Part shown: piece after piece, positions 25,837-37,045 of the stretch | How positions within the stretch are numbered: position 1 is the first letter of the stretch | Layout of the letters: every line of letters begins with the position of its first letter | Assembly (NCBI GenBank): GCA_036785375.1 | Contig: JAWMAR010000084.1 | Location: 1,364,001-1,428,000, forward strand | Length of the DNA stretch: 64,000 nt | Direction: 5' to 3' | Source: Leucoraja ocellata | Taxonomy: Eukaryota | Program-made: the position numbers and the translations under genes | Notes under the pieces: generated by a model | What the model was told of the DNA's origin: nothing | The model's database searches: none | Seen by the model: the letters and a program-made list of their open reading frames with translations, nothing else

Positions 25837-26457
25837 CTTTCAATCCTCCTGTTTATCAATGGTGCTGATTACATTTCAGTAGCACATCAGTCAACAAGAA
25901 GGGTATTGTTTAAAATTTCTTCAGCACTATCAGCAATTCCATGCTATTGTTTACCCATTCTCCAACGATTTCATGCAATCAGTTTAAGGAGAATTAATCC
26001 TTTTTTTTTTAACATTTAGCAATTTCTCGGACTGGTGGGAGAGTGGATAAACAAAGCAACCAGGACCTGCCTTATGCCTGACCTCCCACTTTCCAACAGC
26101 AATTCGTCAACACCCTGCCCCATGTGTTGATAGGATAAACAGCTGATGTGAACTGCTTGGGGTCTCAACTTTTTGTATTATTCACAATTGTCAGTCACAA
26201 AGTGGAAAATTCAGACCATTGTGAATTATTGTTGTTTCGGCACGTTGTTTTTATTGTCCACTTCATAGGAGTTAGTAGAAAGCTTCATTACATTTAGGGG
26301 ACTCTTTAAACACATGAAAGTGGAAATCTTGGAAATCTTTGCATTTATTTCTCCCAAACCAAGTCTCCCTCTGATTGCTAACTGATTGAAATCACTACTG
26401 AAAATCTTTTATTTTAACTGTTGCTTAATTTGCATTTAAATTCAGGGATAAACTGAT

Positions 26458-27310
26458 TAATAATAATAATAATAATCTTTATTACGGACTCGAGGTCCAG
26501 ACAAGGGGCAACATCACATAAAAATGCATTGCATATTAAAAAATATAAAGTTCATATAAAATGTTAGTATATCACTTATAAAAGCATCATAAATTATATA
26601 TTAAAAAAAACCACAATACATGAATTAAAAATCCAGATTAAAAGAATGATCAATGTCCTACAACGAGACGATACCAGTGTCTCCACAGCTGGGATTCGTA
26701 GCGTGTAGTGCTAACCCTTATGTTTGACAAGGCCCCAATAATTACATTTTTAGTGTCATTTATCCAGCAAATGAATTTATACATATGATTTCTTAGGATA
26801 GCTTCTAAAGTACTGATTCCTGCAGCCACAAACATATTACTGGCACTACACCATCTAGGTTTCCTTAGCAGTGTTCTCATGGCATCATTATATGCCACCT
26901 TTAGTCTCTGCAAACTTGTCTTTCCATAGTCGACCACAGGTGCGCAGTATGCTCTAAATAGCGACATCTTCGCCACATCTGCACACGCACTAAATTCACG
27001 CGAGAATATTTGCCTGTACATACAGCATGCGTCGTTGCCTATAAATATCCTCATCTGTCATTTGTTCTGTAATAAAATGCCCCAGATATTTTACCTTATT
27101 ACAGACACTAACATTATTGTCAGACAATTTAAAATCAGGAAATTTTAGACATTTATCCTCTCGTTCTACAGATCATAACAGCACTCTTACTAGCATTATA
27201 TTTAATATAATGTTCCACACCATACACAGGACATACAGTAAGGAGCTGCTGGAGACCAGTGCTAGATGGATTAAAGACCACAAGATCATCTGCATACATA
27301 ATATGGTTCA
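26458..27310 (-). mobile_element. Non-LTR retrotransposon 3' fragment, tentatively RTEX-like
   Basis: Encodes SLFRAYCAP...RLKVAYNDAMRTLLRKPRWCSASNMF and ends with AATAAAG(ATT)n. It is distinct from the CR1 and Rex1 copies; the clade call is from recalled motifs. Confidence 0.6.
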
Positions 27311-27600
27311 CTAAAATATTACTGCATCATATTACTGATTATTCTACTTCATTCATTTTATCGATTATCGATGACCTGCCTTCAACGTAAATCCTAAACT
27401 TCAGATTCTATCCTTAAAACTGCCTCTGCCTTTTTCTGTGATGGTATTTTTTTTTTTTTGCAAATGGCCTTGTATAACATTTAAAACATTTTATAAATTA
27501 TACATGTAAAGTTTTTGTGTTGAAACCTGTTCCTTCCTGTGTACGTATAGCTTGAACCAAGAGAGACTTGGGACAGAAAAGGAAATCTTCCATTTATTCT

Positions 27601-27776
27601 TAGATAGACACAACATGCTGGAGTAACTCAGCGGGACAGATAGCATCTCTGGAGAGAAGGAATGGGTGACGTTTCGGATCGAGACCCTTCTTCAGTCACT
27701 GTCCCACTGAGTTACTCCAGCATTTTGTGTCCATCTTCGATTTAAACCAGCATCTGCAGGTCCTTCCTAAACTTTC
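27601..27776. mobile_element. Penelope-derived fold-back element
   Basis: 14-bp TSD CTTCCATTTATTCT (27587-27600 and 27777-27790) and inverted arms. Confidence 0.75.
27668..27695 (-). ncRNA. Minimal type I hammerhead ribozyme-like core
   Basis: The - strand reads CUGAAGA-A-GGGU(CUCG)AUCC-GAAA-CGUC. Both conserved boxes, stem II and a GUC triplet are present. Stem I is weak and activity is untested. Confidence 0.55.
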
Positions 27777-28727
27777 CTTCCATTTATTCTATCTTGATTC
27801 TGCCGTGCCATCTATTTTATGAAATGATTATCTGAAGAACATAACCGTAACAATTTGCCCTTCAACCGTCAACGATTTGCATGCACGAGCCTCATTCTGA
27901 TCCTGAAACAATTTTTAAACGATGAATTTTGTTGCCTTTCCTTTACCTCATTGAGTCATTCAGCGTGGAAACCAGCTCTTCAGCCCAACCTTCTTACTCA
28001 ACTACCTCTTCCGGCAGCTTGTTCCATACACCCACCACTTTTTGTGAAAAAAAGTTACCCCTCGGGTTCCTATTAAATCTTTCCCTCCTCACCTTAAATC
28101 TATGTTCTCTGGTTCTCAATCCCCCTACTCTGGGCATGAGACTCCTTGCGTATATGTATTCTACTCCTCTCACAATTTTGTACACCTCTGTAAAATCACC
28201 TCCTATCCTCCTGTGCTGCAAGGAATACAGCCCTCGCCTGCTCATCCTCCTACTAACTCAGGCCCTCGGGTCCTGGCAACATCATCAAAAATCTCTGCAC
28301 CCTTTCCAGCTTGACAACATCTTTCTTGGAACGTGGTGTTCATAACTGAACACATTACTCTGAATGTGGCCTCACCAATGTCATATATAACTGCATTCTG
28401 ACCTCCCAACTTCTATACTCAATATTCTGCCTGAAGGAGGCCAATGCACTAAAAGCTTTTTTGACCACCCCATCAACCTGTGCAGTCACTTTAAGGAATC
28501 CGATACCTGCACCCCTAGATCCCTCTACTCTACAACATTTCCAAGAGTCCTTACATTCACTGTGTAGATTCTGCCCATGTTAATCTTCCCAAAATGCGAA
28601 ACCTCACATTTATTTACGTTAAATTCCATGGACCGATCGAGACCCTGCTGCAATTTTTTACAACCACCTTCACTATCTACAATATCGCCCACTTTTGTGT
28701 CATCTGCAAGCTTGCTAATCATGCCAT

Positions 28728-28940
28728 TGTAGTGTGTGGGTCTCAAAATGAGGCAAGTAGTCCGAAGTTTGAGAAGCACTTTACTTTAATTCCTCCCGGT
28801 TCAGGGGAAGACGAAACCAGGAAAAGATGGCACCCAAACCCTGCCTTTTAAACCCTCCGGCTAAGGACCGCCTCCGACTGCTCCACTCCTGTGCCGAGGG
28901 GTTCGGCAGTATAATGGCACAACCCTTAAGAGCCGCCACA
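28728..28940 (-). repeat. 3' LTR (213 bp)
   Basis: Direct repeat of 33049-33262, preceded on the - strand by a G-run polypurine tract. Confidence 0.95.
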
Positions 28941-31900
28941 GGACCCCCCCCCGCAGAACCAGAGGCACAAAACGCACCGGCGGGCGCACGACCCGGCCGG
29001 CCCGCGTGCGGAAGTCAGCAGATCCCGGGGCTTGCGGGGGCGTAGGTGGAGGGACAGGTCGAGGGACCGGCGGGAGGACAGGTGGAGTGACAGGTGGAGG
29101 GAGTCGTGAGGGGGGGCGCCCTCCGGGCCGAGGTTGGGCAACCAGCACCGGCTGGTCAATGTCCAGGTGCGCCGGCTTTAAACGGTCAATCGACACGGCC
29201 TCCGGCCGGCCCCCCATGTCCAGGACAAAAGTCGACTGCCCGTGTTCCAGCACCCGGAACGGGCCCTCGTACGGCTTCTGGAGTGGCGTCCGGTGGGCAT
29301 CACGGCGCAGGAAGATGTATGGGCAGTCCGTGAGGGCCATTGGCACGTGTGGGCGAAATGTCCCATGGCGGGACGTCGGGACGGGTGCGAGCCTGCCAAC
29401 TCGCGCACGAAGACGTTGAAGGGTGGAGGAGGGGGTTTCCTGCTGCTCTGGCGCCGACGGCACGAACTCCCCGGGCACTGTGAGTGGCGACCCGTACACC
29501 AGCTCCGCCGATGATGAGGCCAAGTCCTCCTTGGGAGCGGTCCGGATGCCTAGCATGACCCACGGCAACATGTCCATCCAGTCCGGGCCGGTGAGTCGTG
29601 CCTTCAATGCCGCCTTCAGCTGCCGGTGGAACCTCTCCACCAGACCGTTAGCCTGCGGGTGGTAAGCCGTGGTGTGGTGCAGCTGCACCCCCAGCAAGCG
29701 AGCCATGGCTGACCACAGCTCGGAGGTGAACTGTGGCCCCCGGTCGGAGATGTGCGCCGGCACCCCGAAGCGAGCAATCCAGTGCGCGGACAACGCACGA
29801 GCACACGTAGCCGATGAGGTGTCAGCCAACGGAATGACCTCCGGCCACCGCGTGAAGCGGTCCACCATGGTCAAAAGGTGGGTGATGCCCCGGGATGGTG
29901 GAAGGGGCCCCACAATGTCCACGTGGAGATGGTCGAACCGCCGGTGAGGTAGACCGAACTCCTGGAGAGGTGCGCGGACATGGCGCTGGATTTTTGCCGT
30001 CTGGCACGGGATGCAGGTGCGAGCCCAATGGGCAACCTGCTTGCGCAGACCGTGCCACATGAAGCGAGCTGCCACCAGTGCCGTTGTCGCCCGGATTGAT
30101 GGGTGAGCCAGTCCGTGGATGACCTCGAACACTCTCCGGCGCCAGGTGGCAGGGACGATGGGGCACGGCTGACCGGACGACACATCGCACAGGATTGTCA
30201 CACCCCCAGGACCGAGAGGGACATCCTCAAGACGGAGGCCGGAGATGGCAGTCCAGTAGGTGGGCACCTCGTCGTCCGTGAGCTGTGCCGCCGCCAGAGC
30301 AGAATAGTCCATTCCGGGCGCCACCTCGAACACGGCATTTATAGCAGGGCGGGACAATGCGTCGGCCACCCGGTTCTCTTTCCCCTTGACGTAGCGGATG
30401 GCTGTGGTGTACTCGGAGATGTAAGCCAACTGCCGCTGCTGACGTGCGGACCAGGGGTCGGAAACCTTCTGCAGGGCGAAAGTGAGCGGCTTATGGTCGG
30501 TGTAGGCGGTGAACGAGCGGCCCTCCAGGAAGTAACGAAAATGGCGCACAGCCAGGTACAGAGCCAGGAGCTCACGATCGAACGCGCTGTACTTGGTCTG
30601 CGCGCGGTTGAGGTGCCGACTGAAGAAGGCCAGAGGCCGCCAAACTCCGCCAGTCAGCTGCTCCAGTACAGCACCAACTGCCGACTCCGAGGCGTCCACA
30701 GTGAAAGCAGTCGGGGCATCTTCCCGCGGGTGCACCAGCAGCACGGCCCGAGCAAGGGCCTCCTTCGCGCCATCGAAAGCTGCCTCCGCCTCGTGGGTCC
30801 ACTCAACGCTCTTCTGCTGCCCACCCGCCAGAAGTTGATACAGGGGCCGCATGATGTGGGCCGCGGATGGCACGAAACGATGGTAGAATGCCGCCATGCC
30901 GACAAATTCCTGCAGGCCACGCACCATGCGTGGGCGGGGAAACCGACGGATGGCGTCAACCCTGTCAGGCAGGGGAACCGCGCCTTGCGCAGTCACGCGG
31001 TGGCCGAGAAAGTCAATTTCGTTGACCCCAAAACGGCACTTGTCCAGGTTGATGGCCAAACCATGCTCGCTGAGCCGCTGACAGAGCTGTTGAAGGTGAG
31101 CGCAGTGTTCCTGCTGCGAGCGGCTGGCCATCAGGATGTCGTCCAGGTACACGAACACGAATTCGAGGTCATGACAAACCCCGTCCATGAGGCGCTGAAA
31201 GGCCTGTGCAGCGTTTTTGAGGCCGAACGGCATCCGAGTAAACTCGTAAAGCCCGAATGGCGTGATGATAGCCGTCTTGGGTACGTCATCCGGGTGAACC
31301 GGGATCTGATTATAACCCCGTACCAGATCCACTTTTGAAAAAAATGTGGCCCCAGCCAAATGGGCCGTGAAGTCCTGGATGTGGGGTATGGGGTATCGAT
31401 CCGCTGTTGTTGCAGCGTTCAGCCGTCGGTAATCCCCACAAGGTCGCCAGCCCCCGCTTGACTTAGGGACCATGTGGAGTGGGGACGCCCAAGGGCTGCT
31501 CGAAGGGCGGACGATCCCCAAGGCCTCCATCGTGCAGAATTCCCGCCGTGCCAGACGCAGTTTATCTGGTGGCAGTCGTCGTGCTCGTGCATGGAGTGGT
31601 GGGCCGGTAGTCGGGATATAATGTACAACTCCGTGGCTGGGGGTTGCTGAATGAAACTGCGGAGTGAGAATGTCCGGGAACGCAGCCAAGATTCGTGCGA
31701 ATCGGGAGTCCACGGACGCCAGTGGCCGTCCCACCGGTTGACTCAAGCGCAACGTGATCGGCTCCATTGTAGTGGCGTTGACCAAACGCTGACGCCCGAC
31801 GTCCACCATGAGGGAATGCGTCCGGAGAAAATCGGCCCCGAGCAATGGTTGGGAGACATCGGCAACGGTGAAGTTCCATGAAAAATGGCAGGAGCCGAGC

Positions 31901-32130
31901 ACGATGGGAACCATGCGCAGTCCATATGTGCAGATGGGGCTGCCGTTCGCCGCGGTGAGGACGGGCCCCCGCTTACAGGAACGAATGTCGGCCAGCGAAG
32001 GGGGCAGGACGCTGAGCTCCGCTCCTGTATCCACGAGGAAGCGGGTCCCGGAGCGCCGATCCCAAGCGAAAAGGCGGTGAATTTGGCCGGCCACCGCGGG
32101 GACTATTGGCAGCCGGCCCAGGCGTTTCCC
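28861..32130 (-). CDS. pol: Gypsy Pol (protease, RT, RNase H, integrase), probably reached by -1 frameshift from gag
   Basis: Protease [13 protein letters not shown]; [10 protein letters not shown] and YLDD; RNase H VDAS, DRELLA, TDHKPL; integrase HHCC (HGLAH...CIPC), DDE (HVDIVG, SDRGPQF, VERFHR) and PYEGPF. No internal stops. Confidence 0.95.
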   Translation of the reverse strand, partial: GKRLGRLPIVPAVAGQIHRLFAWDRRSGTRFLVDTGAELSVLPPSLADIRSCKRGPVLTAANGSPICTYGLRMVPIVLGSCHFSWNFTVADVSQPLLGADFLRTHSLMVDVGRQRLVNATTMEPITLRLSQPVGRPLASVDSRFARILAAFPDILTPQFHSATPSHGVVHYIPTTGPPLHARARRLPPDKLRLARREFCTMEALGIVRPSSSPWASPLHMVPKSSGGWRPCGDYRRLNAATTADRYPIPHIQDFTAHLAGATFFSKVDLVRGYNQIPVHPDDVPKTAIITPFGLYEFTRMPFGLKNAAQAFQRLMDGVCHDLEFVFVYLDDILMASRSQQEHCAHLQQLCQRLSEHGLAINLDKCRFGVNEIDFLGHRVTAQGAVPLPDRVDAIRRFPRPRMVRGLQEFVGMAAFYHRFVPSAAHIMRPLYQLLAGGQQKSVEWTHEAEAAFDGAKEALARAVLLVHPREDAPTAFTVDASESAVGAVLEQLTGGVWRPLAFFSRHLNRAQTKYSAFDRELLALYLAVRHFRYFLEGRSFTAYTDHKPLTFALQKVSDPWSARQQRQLAYISEYTTAIRYVKGKENRVADALSRPAINAVFEVAPGMDYSALAAAQLTDDEVPTYWTAISGLRLEDVPLGPGGVTILCDVSSGQPCPIVPATWRRRVFEVIHGLAHPSIRATTALVAARFMWHGLRKQVAHWARTCIPCQTAKIQRHVRAPLQEFGLPHRRFDHLHVDIVGPLPPSRGITHLLTMVDRFTRWPEVIPLADTSSATCARALSAHWIARFGVPAHISDRGPQFTSELWSAMARLLGVQLHHTTAYHPQANGLVERFHRQLKAALKARLTGPDWMDMLPWVMLGIRTAPKEDLASSSAELVYGSPLTVPGEFVPSAPEQQETPSSTLQRLRARVGRLAPVPTSRHGTFRPHVPMALTDCPYIFLRRDAHRTPLQKPYEGPFRVLEHGQSTFVLDMGGRPEAVSIDRLKPAHLDIDQPVLVAQPRPGGRPPSRLPPPVTPPVLPPVPRPVPPPTPPQAPGSADFRTRAGRVVRPPVRFVPLVLRGGVLWRLLRVVPLYCRTPRHRSGAVGGGP
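28941..28954 (-). promoter_or_regulatory. Polypurine tract
   Basis: The - strand reads GCGGGGGGGGGTCC immediately before the 3' LTR. Confidence 0.75.
32085..32130 (-). promoter_or_regulatory. -1 programmed ribosomal frameshift signal
   Basis: Slippery heptamer G_GGA_AAC (32130-32124) in the gag frame, a 5-nt spacer, then an 11-bp stem GGCCGGCUGCC/GGUGGCCGGCC with two G-U pairs and a 12-nt loop. A -1 shift enters the pol frame. Confidence 0.85.
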
Positions 32131-33020
32131 GGGAACGTGCATGGCTGGCGGCATTGTCGTGCTGCAGCACCCCAGCGCTGATGGAAATAGCACCAGCTCC
32201 TTGTGTTGGTGCTATTTGGAGCTTGCCTGCCCCTGCTGGTGGTGCCTGCAGCTTGCTGGCGCTGGACTGCAGGTGCAGTACCCCTCACTGCCGCTGGGGG
32301 TAATCGTGCGGGCCGTCGGGCTGGAGCTGTCACTCCTTCCACAGCTCTCCCGCCCCACCGGAGGAAATCGGGAGCTGCTGGGTTGACGTCATCGGCGTGC
32401 CTGCCGATGGCCAGCGCGTTGACGTCATCCGGGCGCGTCGACCTCAGCGCGACCTCGTCTCTGCTGACGCCCAGCACGCTGACGTCATCAGGGCGCGCCA
32501 TCCACATGGCGTCGGCTCGCCTCCCGAGGGCCCGAAGGTCGGCAAACGAGGCGTCGGTGAGTTGCAACCGAATATAGGCCGGCAGCAGATGCAGGTAGGT
32601 GTACTCGAACAACAGGCACGGCGTGTGCCCGTCTAATAACGCCACCATTTCCTTTAGGCGGGTAGATGGCCGCCGGTCGCCCAGGCCACTCATATGCAGG
32701 ATCCTACCTGCCCGCTCCATCCTACTTAGTCCGTAAATTTGGAGCAGGAGCTGTTTCAGGCCGAGGTATTTATTATTGTCCGGGGGGTCTGCGAGGAAGT
32801 CCGTTACTTCTTCCACCGCATCCTGGTCGAGGGCTCCCACCAGGTAATAGAAGCGGGTGGCATCGACCGTGATGCCCCGCAGGTTGAACTGGGCCTCCGC
32901 CTGCTGGAACCAGATGAGCGGCCGTGTGGTCCAGAAGCTGGGCAGTTTTACGGAGACCGCGTCCAGAGACAGGGTCGGGCTGGCGTGTGAGGAGGTAGGG
33001 CTTTGTTCTGTCTCCATCAT
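32103..33020 (-). CDS. gag: Gypsy Gag (305 aa) with CHCC zinc knuckle
   Basis: N-terminal [22 protein letters not shown], typical of CsRN1-type gag. C-terminal [18 protein letters not shown] fits C-X2-H-X9-C-X3-C. Confidence 0.9.
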   Translation of the reverse strand: MMETEQSPTSSHASPTLSLDAVSVKLPSFWTTRPLIWFQQAEAQFNLRGITVDATRFYYLVGALDQDAVEEVTDFLADPPDNNKYLGLKQLLLQIYGLSRMERAGRILHMSGLGDRRPSTRLKEMVALLDGHTPCLLFEYTYLHLLPAYIRLQLTDASFADLRALGRRADAMWMARPDDVSVLGVSRDEVALRSTRPDDVNALAIGRHADDVNPAAPDFLRWGGRAVEGVTAPARRPARLPPAAVRGTAPAVQRQQAAGTTSRGRQAPNSTNTRSWCYFHQRWGAAARQCRQPCTFPGNAWAGCQ

Positions 33021-33033
33021 GATGCCAATGGAG

Positions 33034-33047
33034 CGTCGGGGTCACCA
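33034..33047 (-). promoter_or_regulatory. Primer-binding site complementary to the tRNA-Trp 3' end
   Basis: The - strand reads TGGTGACCCCGACG starting 1 nt after the 5' LTR, complementary to ...CGUCGGGGUCACCA. Confidence 0.9.
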
Positions 33048-33048
33048 A

Positions 33049-33262
33049 TGTAGTGCGTGGGTCTCAAAATGAGGCAAGTTGTCCGAAGTTTGAGAAGCAC
33101 TTTACTTTAATTCCTCCCGGTTCAGGGGAAGACGAAACCAGGAAAAGATGGCACCCAAACCCTGCCTTTTAAACCCTCCGGCTAAGGACCGCCTCCGGAC
33201 TGCACCACTCCTGTGCCGAGGGGTTCGGCAGTATAATGGCACGACCCTTAGGAGCCGCCACA
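33049..33262 (-). repeat. 5' LTR (214 bp)
   Basis: TGTAGT...GCCACA on the + strand. Differs from the other LTR by 5 substitutions and 1 indel (counted by eye). Confidence 0.95.
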
Positions 33263-33648
33263 CCATGTACGTTTTCATCTAAATTATTCATATAAATGGT
33301 AAACAGCAATGGGCCCAACACTGATCCCTGAGGCACAATACTAATCACAGCCCTCCAGTCTGAAAAGCAACTTTTTATCATCATCCTCTGCTTCCTTATT
33401 AAGCCAATTTTTTTCCCATTCAGCTATCTCTCCTTGGATCACCAAGTGCTCTAACCTTCCAGAGCAGCCTACCATGCGGAACCTTGTTGAATGCCACGCT
33501 GAAATCCATATCTACAACATCTACAGCTCTTCCATCATCAACCTTATGGTCACATCTTCATAAATCTCAATCAGATTCGTGAGATATGAACTCCCGCAAA
33601 CAAAACCATGCTGACTGTCCCTAATCAGCCCTTGCCTATCTAAGTAGT

Positions 33649-34396
33649 CGATTAGGAAAAGCGGAGATGCAACGAGACCTGGGTGTCATGGTACACCAGT
33701 CATTGAAAGTAGGCATGCAGGTGCAGCAGGCAGTGAAGAAAACGAATGGTATGTTAGCATTCATAGCAAAAGGATTTGAGTATTGGAGCAGGGAGGTTCT
33801 ACTGCAGTTGTACAGGGTATTGGTGAGATCACACCTGGAGCATTGCTGCAGTTTTGGTCTCCTAATCTGAGAAAAGACATTCTTGCCATAGAGGGAGTGC
33901 AGAGATGGTTCACCAGACTGATTCCTGGGATGTCAGGACTTTCATATGAAGAAAAACTGGATAGACTCGGCTTGTACTCGCTAGAATTTAAAAGACTGAG
34001 GGGGGATCTTATAGAAACTTACAACATTCTTAAGGGGTTGGACAGGCTGGATGCAGGAAGATTGTTCTCAATGTTGGGAAAGTCCAGAACAAGGGGTCAC
34101 AGTTTAAGGATAAGGGGGAAATCTTTTAGGACCGAGATGAGAAAAACATTTTTCACACAGAGAGTGGTGAATCTCTGGAATTCTCTGCCACAGAAGGTAG
34201 TTGAGGCCAGTTCATTGGCTATATTTAAGAGGAAGTTAGATGTGGCCCTTGTAGCTAAAGGGATCAGGGGGTATGGAGAGAAGGCAGGTACAGGATACTG
34301 AGTTGGATGATCAGCCATGATCATATTGAATGGCGGTGCAGGCTCATAGGGCTGAATGGCCTACGCCTGCACCTAATTTCTATGACTATGTTTCTA
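33649..34396 (+). mobile_element. Young CR1 LINE 3' fragment, inserted antisense in an older CR1
   Basis: Near-identical to 4526-5281 and 42466-43207, with CR1 C-terminal motifs and an octamer tail. Confidence 0.92.
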
Positions 34397-35376
34397 AATG
34401 CATGGATATCTTATCCGTCAGAATACTCTAGCTTTCCAATCACAGAAGTTAGGCTCACTGGCCTGAGGTTAGCCTTTTCCCTGCAGCCCTTCGTGAATAG
34501 AAGCACACCATTTGCCACCCTCCAGTTTGCTGACACCCGACCTGTATTTAATGACGACATAAATCTCAGCTAGAGCATCTGCAATTTCCTCTCTATCTTC
34601 CCATCTGGAAGATCACACCTGGAGTATTGCGTACAATCACTTAAGAGCAAAAAAAATCTAAACTTAACTTTGTGTAATACAGCAGGAGGGGAAAAAAAAC
34701 ATTTTGGGCCACAAAAATTGTCAATTTCAGTCCTGCTGACGCATGTACATGAGTCAAGAGTATGTTATGGCTTTCAAAATAGAACTAAAGATTTGTTTTC
34801 TTTAGTTAGCTGAAAAACCTCAAGCTGTACAATTATATATTTGTACCAATGAACTGAATAGTTTAAGGGCAGCCAAATTGAAGGCCATGTTCTTCAGATT
34901 ATCATGTGGCATCTTCAGCTCTATAAATAGAGAGACAGCATTGCTAAGCAAAGAAGTTATGCTAACCCTTAATACATCATTAATCAGACCACAGCTGGAG
35001 TATTGTGTCCAATTTCAGGCACTGCACAGGAAGGTTTCCAACCCTTTGAGAGGATATGAAGGCACTTTACTGCAATAACGCTAAGAAGAAGGGAGCTATG
35101 GGAGAGATTAGAGTGACTGCTACTTTTTTTTTTGCTTGCATAAAAAGATGAAACACCAAAGGAGTACAAAATAATATAGAACACTGTAGAGTGCATTAAA
35201 ATGTGTTCATTTGAAAGTGTGCTGGTAATTGGAAGAATTGAAAGAGAAGAGTAATGGGTTCATTTTTAGATTTACATAATTGGATTGCACACTCTTGCTG
35301 ACAGGAGACAACTTTCATGGGAAAATTATGATATTTTTAAGTATCCGTGAATGAAATTGTTTCTGAGCACTCCTGA

Positions 35377-36080
35377 AAGTTCAAGTTCAAGATGAAGTTT
35401 AAGAAAGTTTATTGTCATGTGTCCTTGAAAGGCAAATGAAATTCTTGCTTTGCTTTAGCACACCAGAACATAGTAGGCATGAATACTGAACAGATCAGTG
35501 TGTCCATATACCATTGCATAAATATATACACACATGAATAATAAAACTGATAAAGTGCAAATAAACAGATTATTGGCTATTAATGTTCAGAGTTTGGTCC
35601 GAGCCGAGTTTAATATCCTGATGGCTGAGGGGAAGAAGCTGGTCGTTGCAGTCTTCAGGCTCCTGTACCTTCTACCTGAAGCTAGTGGGGAGATGAGTGT
35701 GTGGCCAGGATGGTGTGGGTCCTTGATGATGCTGCCAGCCTTTTTGAGGCAGCGACTGCAATAGATCTCCTCGATGGAAGGGAGGTCAGAGTCGATGATG
35801 GATTGGGCAGTGTTTACCACTTTTTGTAGTCTTTTCCGCTCCAGGGCGCTCAAGTTTCCGAACCAAGCCACGATGCAACCAGTCAGCATGCTCTCCACTG
35901 TACACTGTACACTCTACACTGTAGAGGTTAGAGAGAGTCCTCCTTGACATACCGACTCTCCGTAATCTTCTCAGGAAGTAGAGGCGCTGATGAGCTTTCT
36001 TTATAATTGCATCAGTGTTCTCGGACCAGGAAAGATCTTCAGAGATATGCATGCCCAGGAATTTGAAGCTCTTGACCCTG
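35377..36080 (-). mobile_element. Rex1/Babar-like LINE 3' fragment
   Basis: Encodes RVKSFKFLGMHISEDLSWS, KAHQRLYFLRRLRR and LASGRRYRSL. The + strand shows an AAGTTC repeat tail. Confidence 0.85.
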
Positions 36081-36857
36081 TCTTTATCATTAGCATTCAT
36101 TTAGGTTGTGACCTTGTTGGAGAATGAGGGAACAGAATTAGACCATGTAAAATGCCTTCCTTAAGTGTGCCTTCAGTTCTTGCTATGAATTAGTCGTATT
36201 TTTCACAATTGTCTTCTAAAGTAAGTGTATCATCTGAAATTTGTGTTCTAAAGCCCTGTTGTTGAACACCAGGATATTAACCAGATGAGTGGAGATAATA
36301 AATAATTCTTGCAGCCAGAAGTTATCCCTGGCCAGCAGTGCTTATTTGTTTTTCTAATTTTGGCTGAAGAAAATTTTCAAAGAAAAGAAATATAACTTTT
36401 ATAACCCCATTTGCCCATCAAAATATTTGTATTAAATCTGGTTGTTTTTTTAATGTTCCTTAAAGTCTAAGGTGCAATATGGAAATTTTGAATAATTATT
36501 TTGAATAATTCCATGAGGTTTTATATCTACTGAGAACACTGATGGTGTGTTAACTTTATGCCCCATTCAGACGATGGCATATCTGGCACTGATAGACTGA
36601 GATAATATAGCAATGAAGTATTCCCATTATATGTTCAAGTCTCAATGTTCTAACTTGGAAGCAAGAATTATACCAATTTCAAGGCTAAAATCAGATTTTA
36701 CGCAACACCAATATAACATCAAAAACATAAATTATGTTTTTCTACTGATTTAGACCTTGCCTTAGCTGGATCCAGACCTAAGACCAAAGATACTAGAGGA
36801 GCTCCTCTATAATCTTTGCCTAAGACCCAGGCTAGGCCAAAGACAGATAGAACCATG

Positions 36858-37045
36858 TGTTCAAGAAGGAACTGCAGATGCTGGAAGATCGAAGGTACAC
36901 AAAATTGCTGGAGAAACTCAGCGGGTGCAGCAGCATCTATGGAGCAAAGGAAATAGGCGACGTTTCGGCCCGAAACGTCGCCTATTTCCTTCGCTCCATA
37001 GATGCTGCTGCACCCGCTGAGTTTCTCCAGCATTTTTGTGTACCT
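36858..37045. mobile_element. Penelope-derived fold-back element (near-perfect palindrome)
   Basis: 15-bp TSD ACAGATAGAACCATG (36843-36857 and 37046-37060). Arms of about 75 bp fold at TTTCGGCCCGAAA. Confidence 0.78.

Larger units (their letters stand above)
28728..33262 (-). mobile_element. Full-length Ty3/Gypsy LTR retrotransposon, CsRN1/Boudicca/Kabuki-like
   Basis: Two TG...CA direct repeats, a 4-bp TSD CCAT (28724-28727 and 33263-33266), PBS, PPT, gag, and pol in PR-RT-RH-IN order. Confidence 0.96.
27955..33645 (-). mobile_element. CR1 LINE (RT to 3' end) split by the Gypsy insertion
   Basis: The right flank encodes VPQGSVLGPLLFTIYMNNLDENVHG and the left flank resumes MISKLADDTKVGDIVDSEGG, so the CR1 RT is contiguous once the LTR element is removed. 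Confidence 0.88.

Noticed and set aside
30103-31338. 411-aa + strand ORF and many short ORFs overlapping the Gypsy element
   Set aside because: They are antisense or alternate-frame shadows of GC-rich pol, with no recognisable domain.
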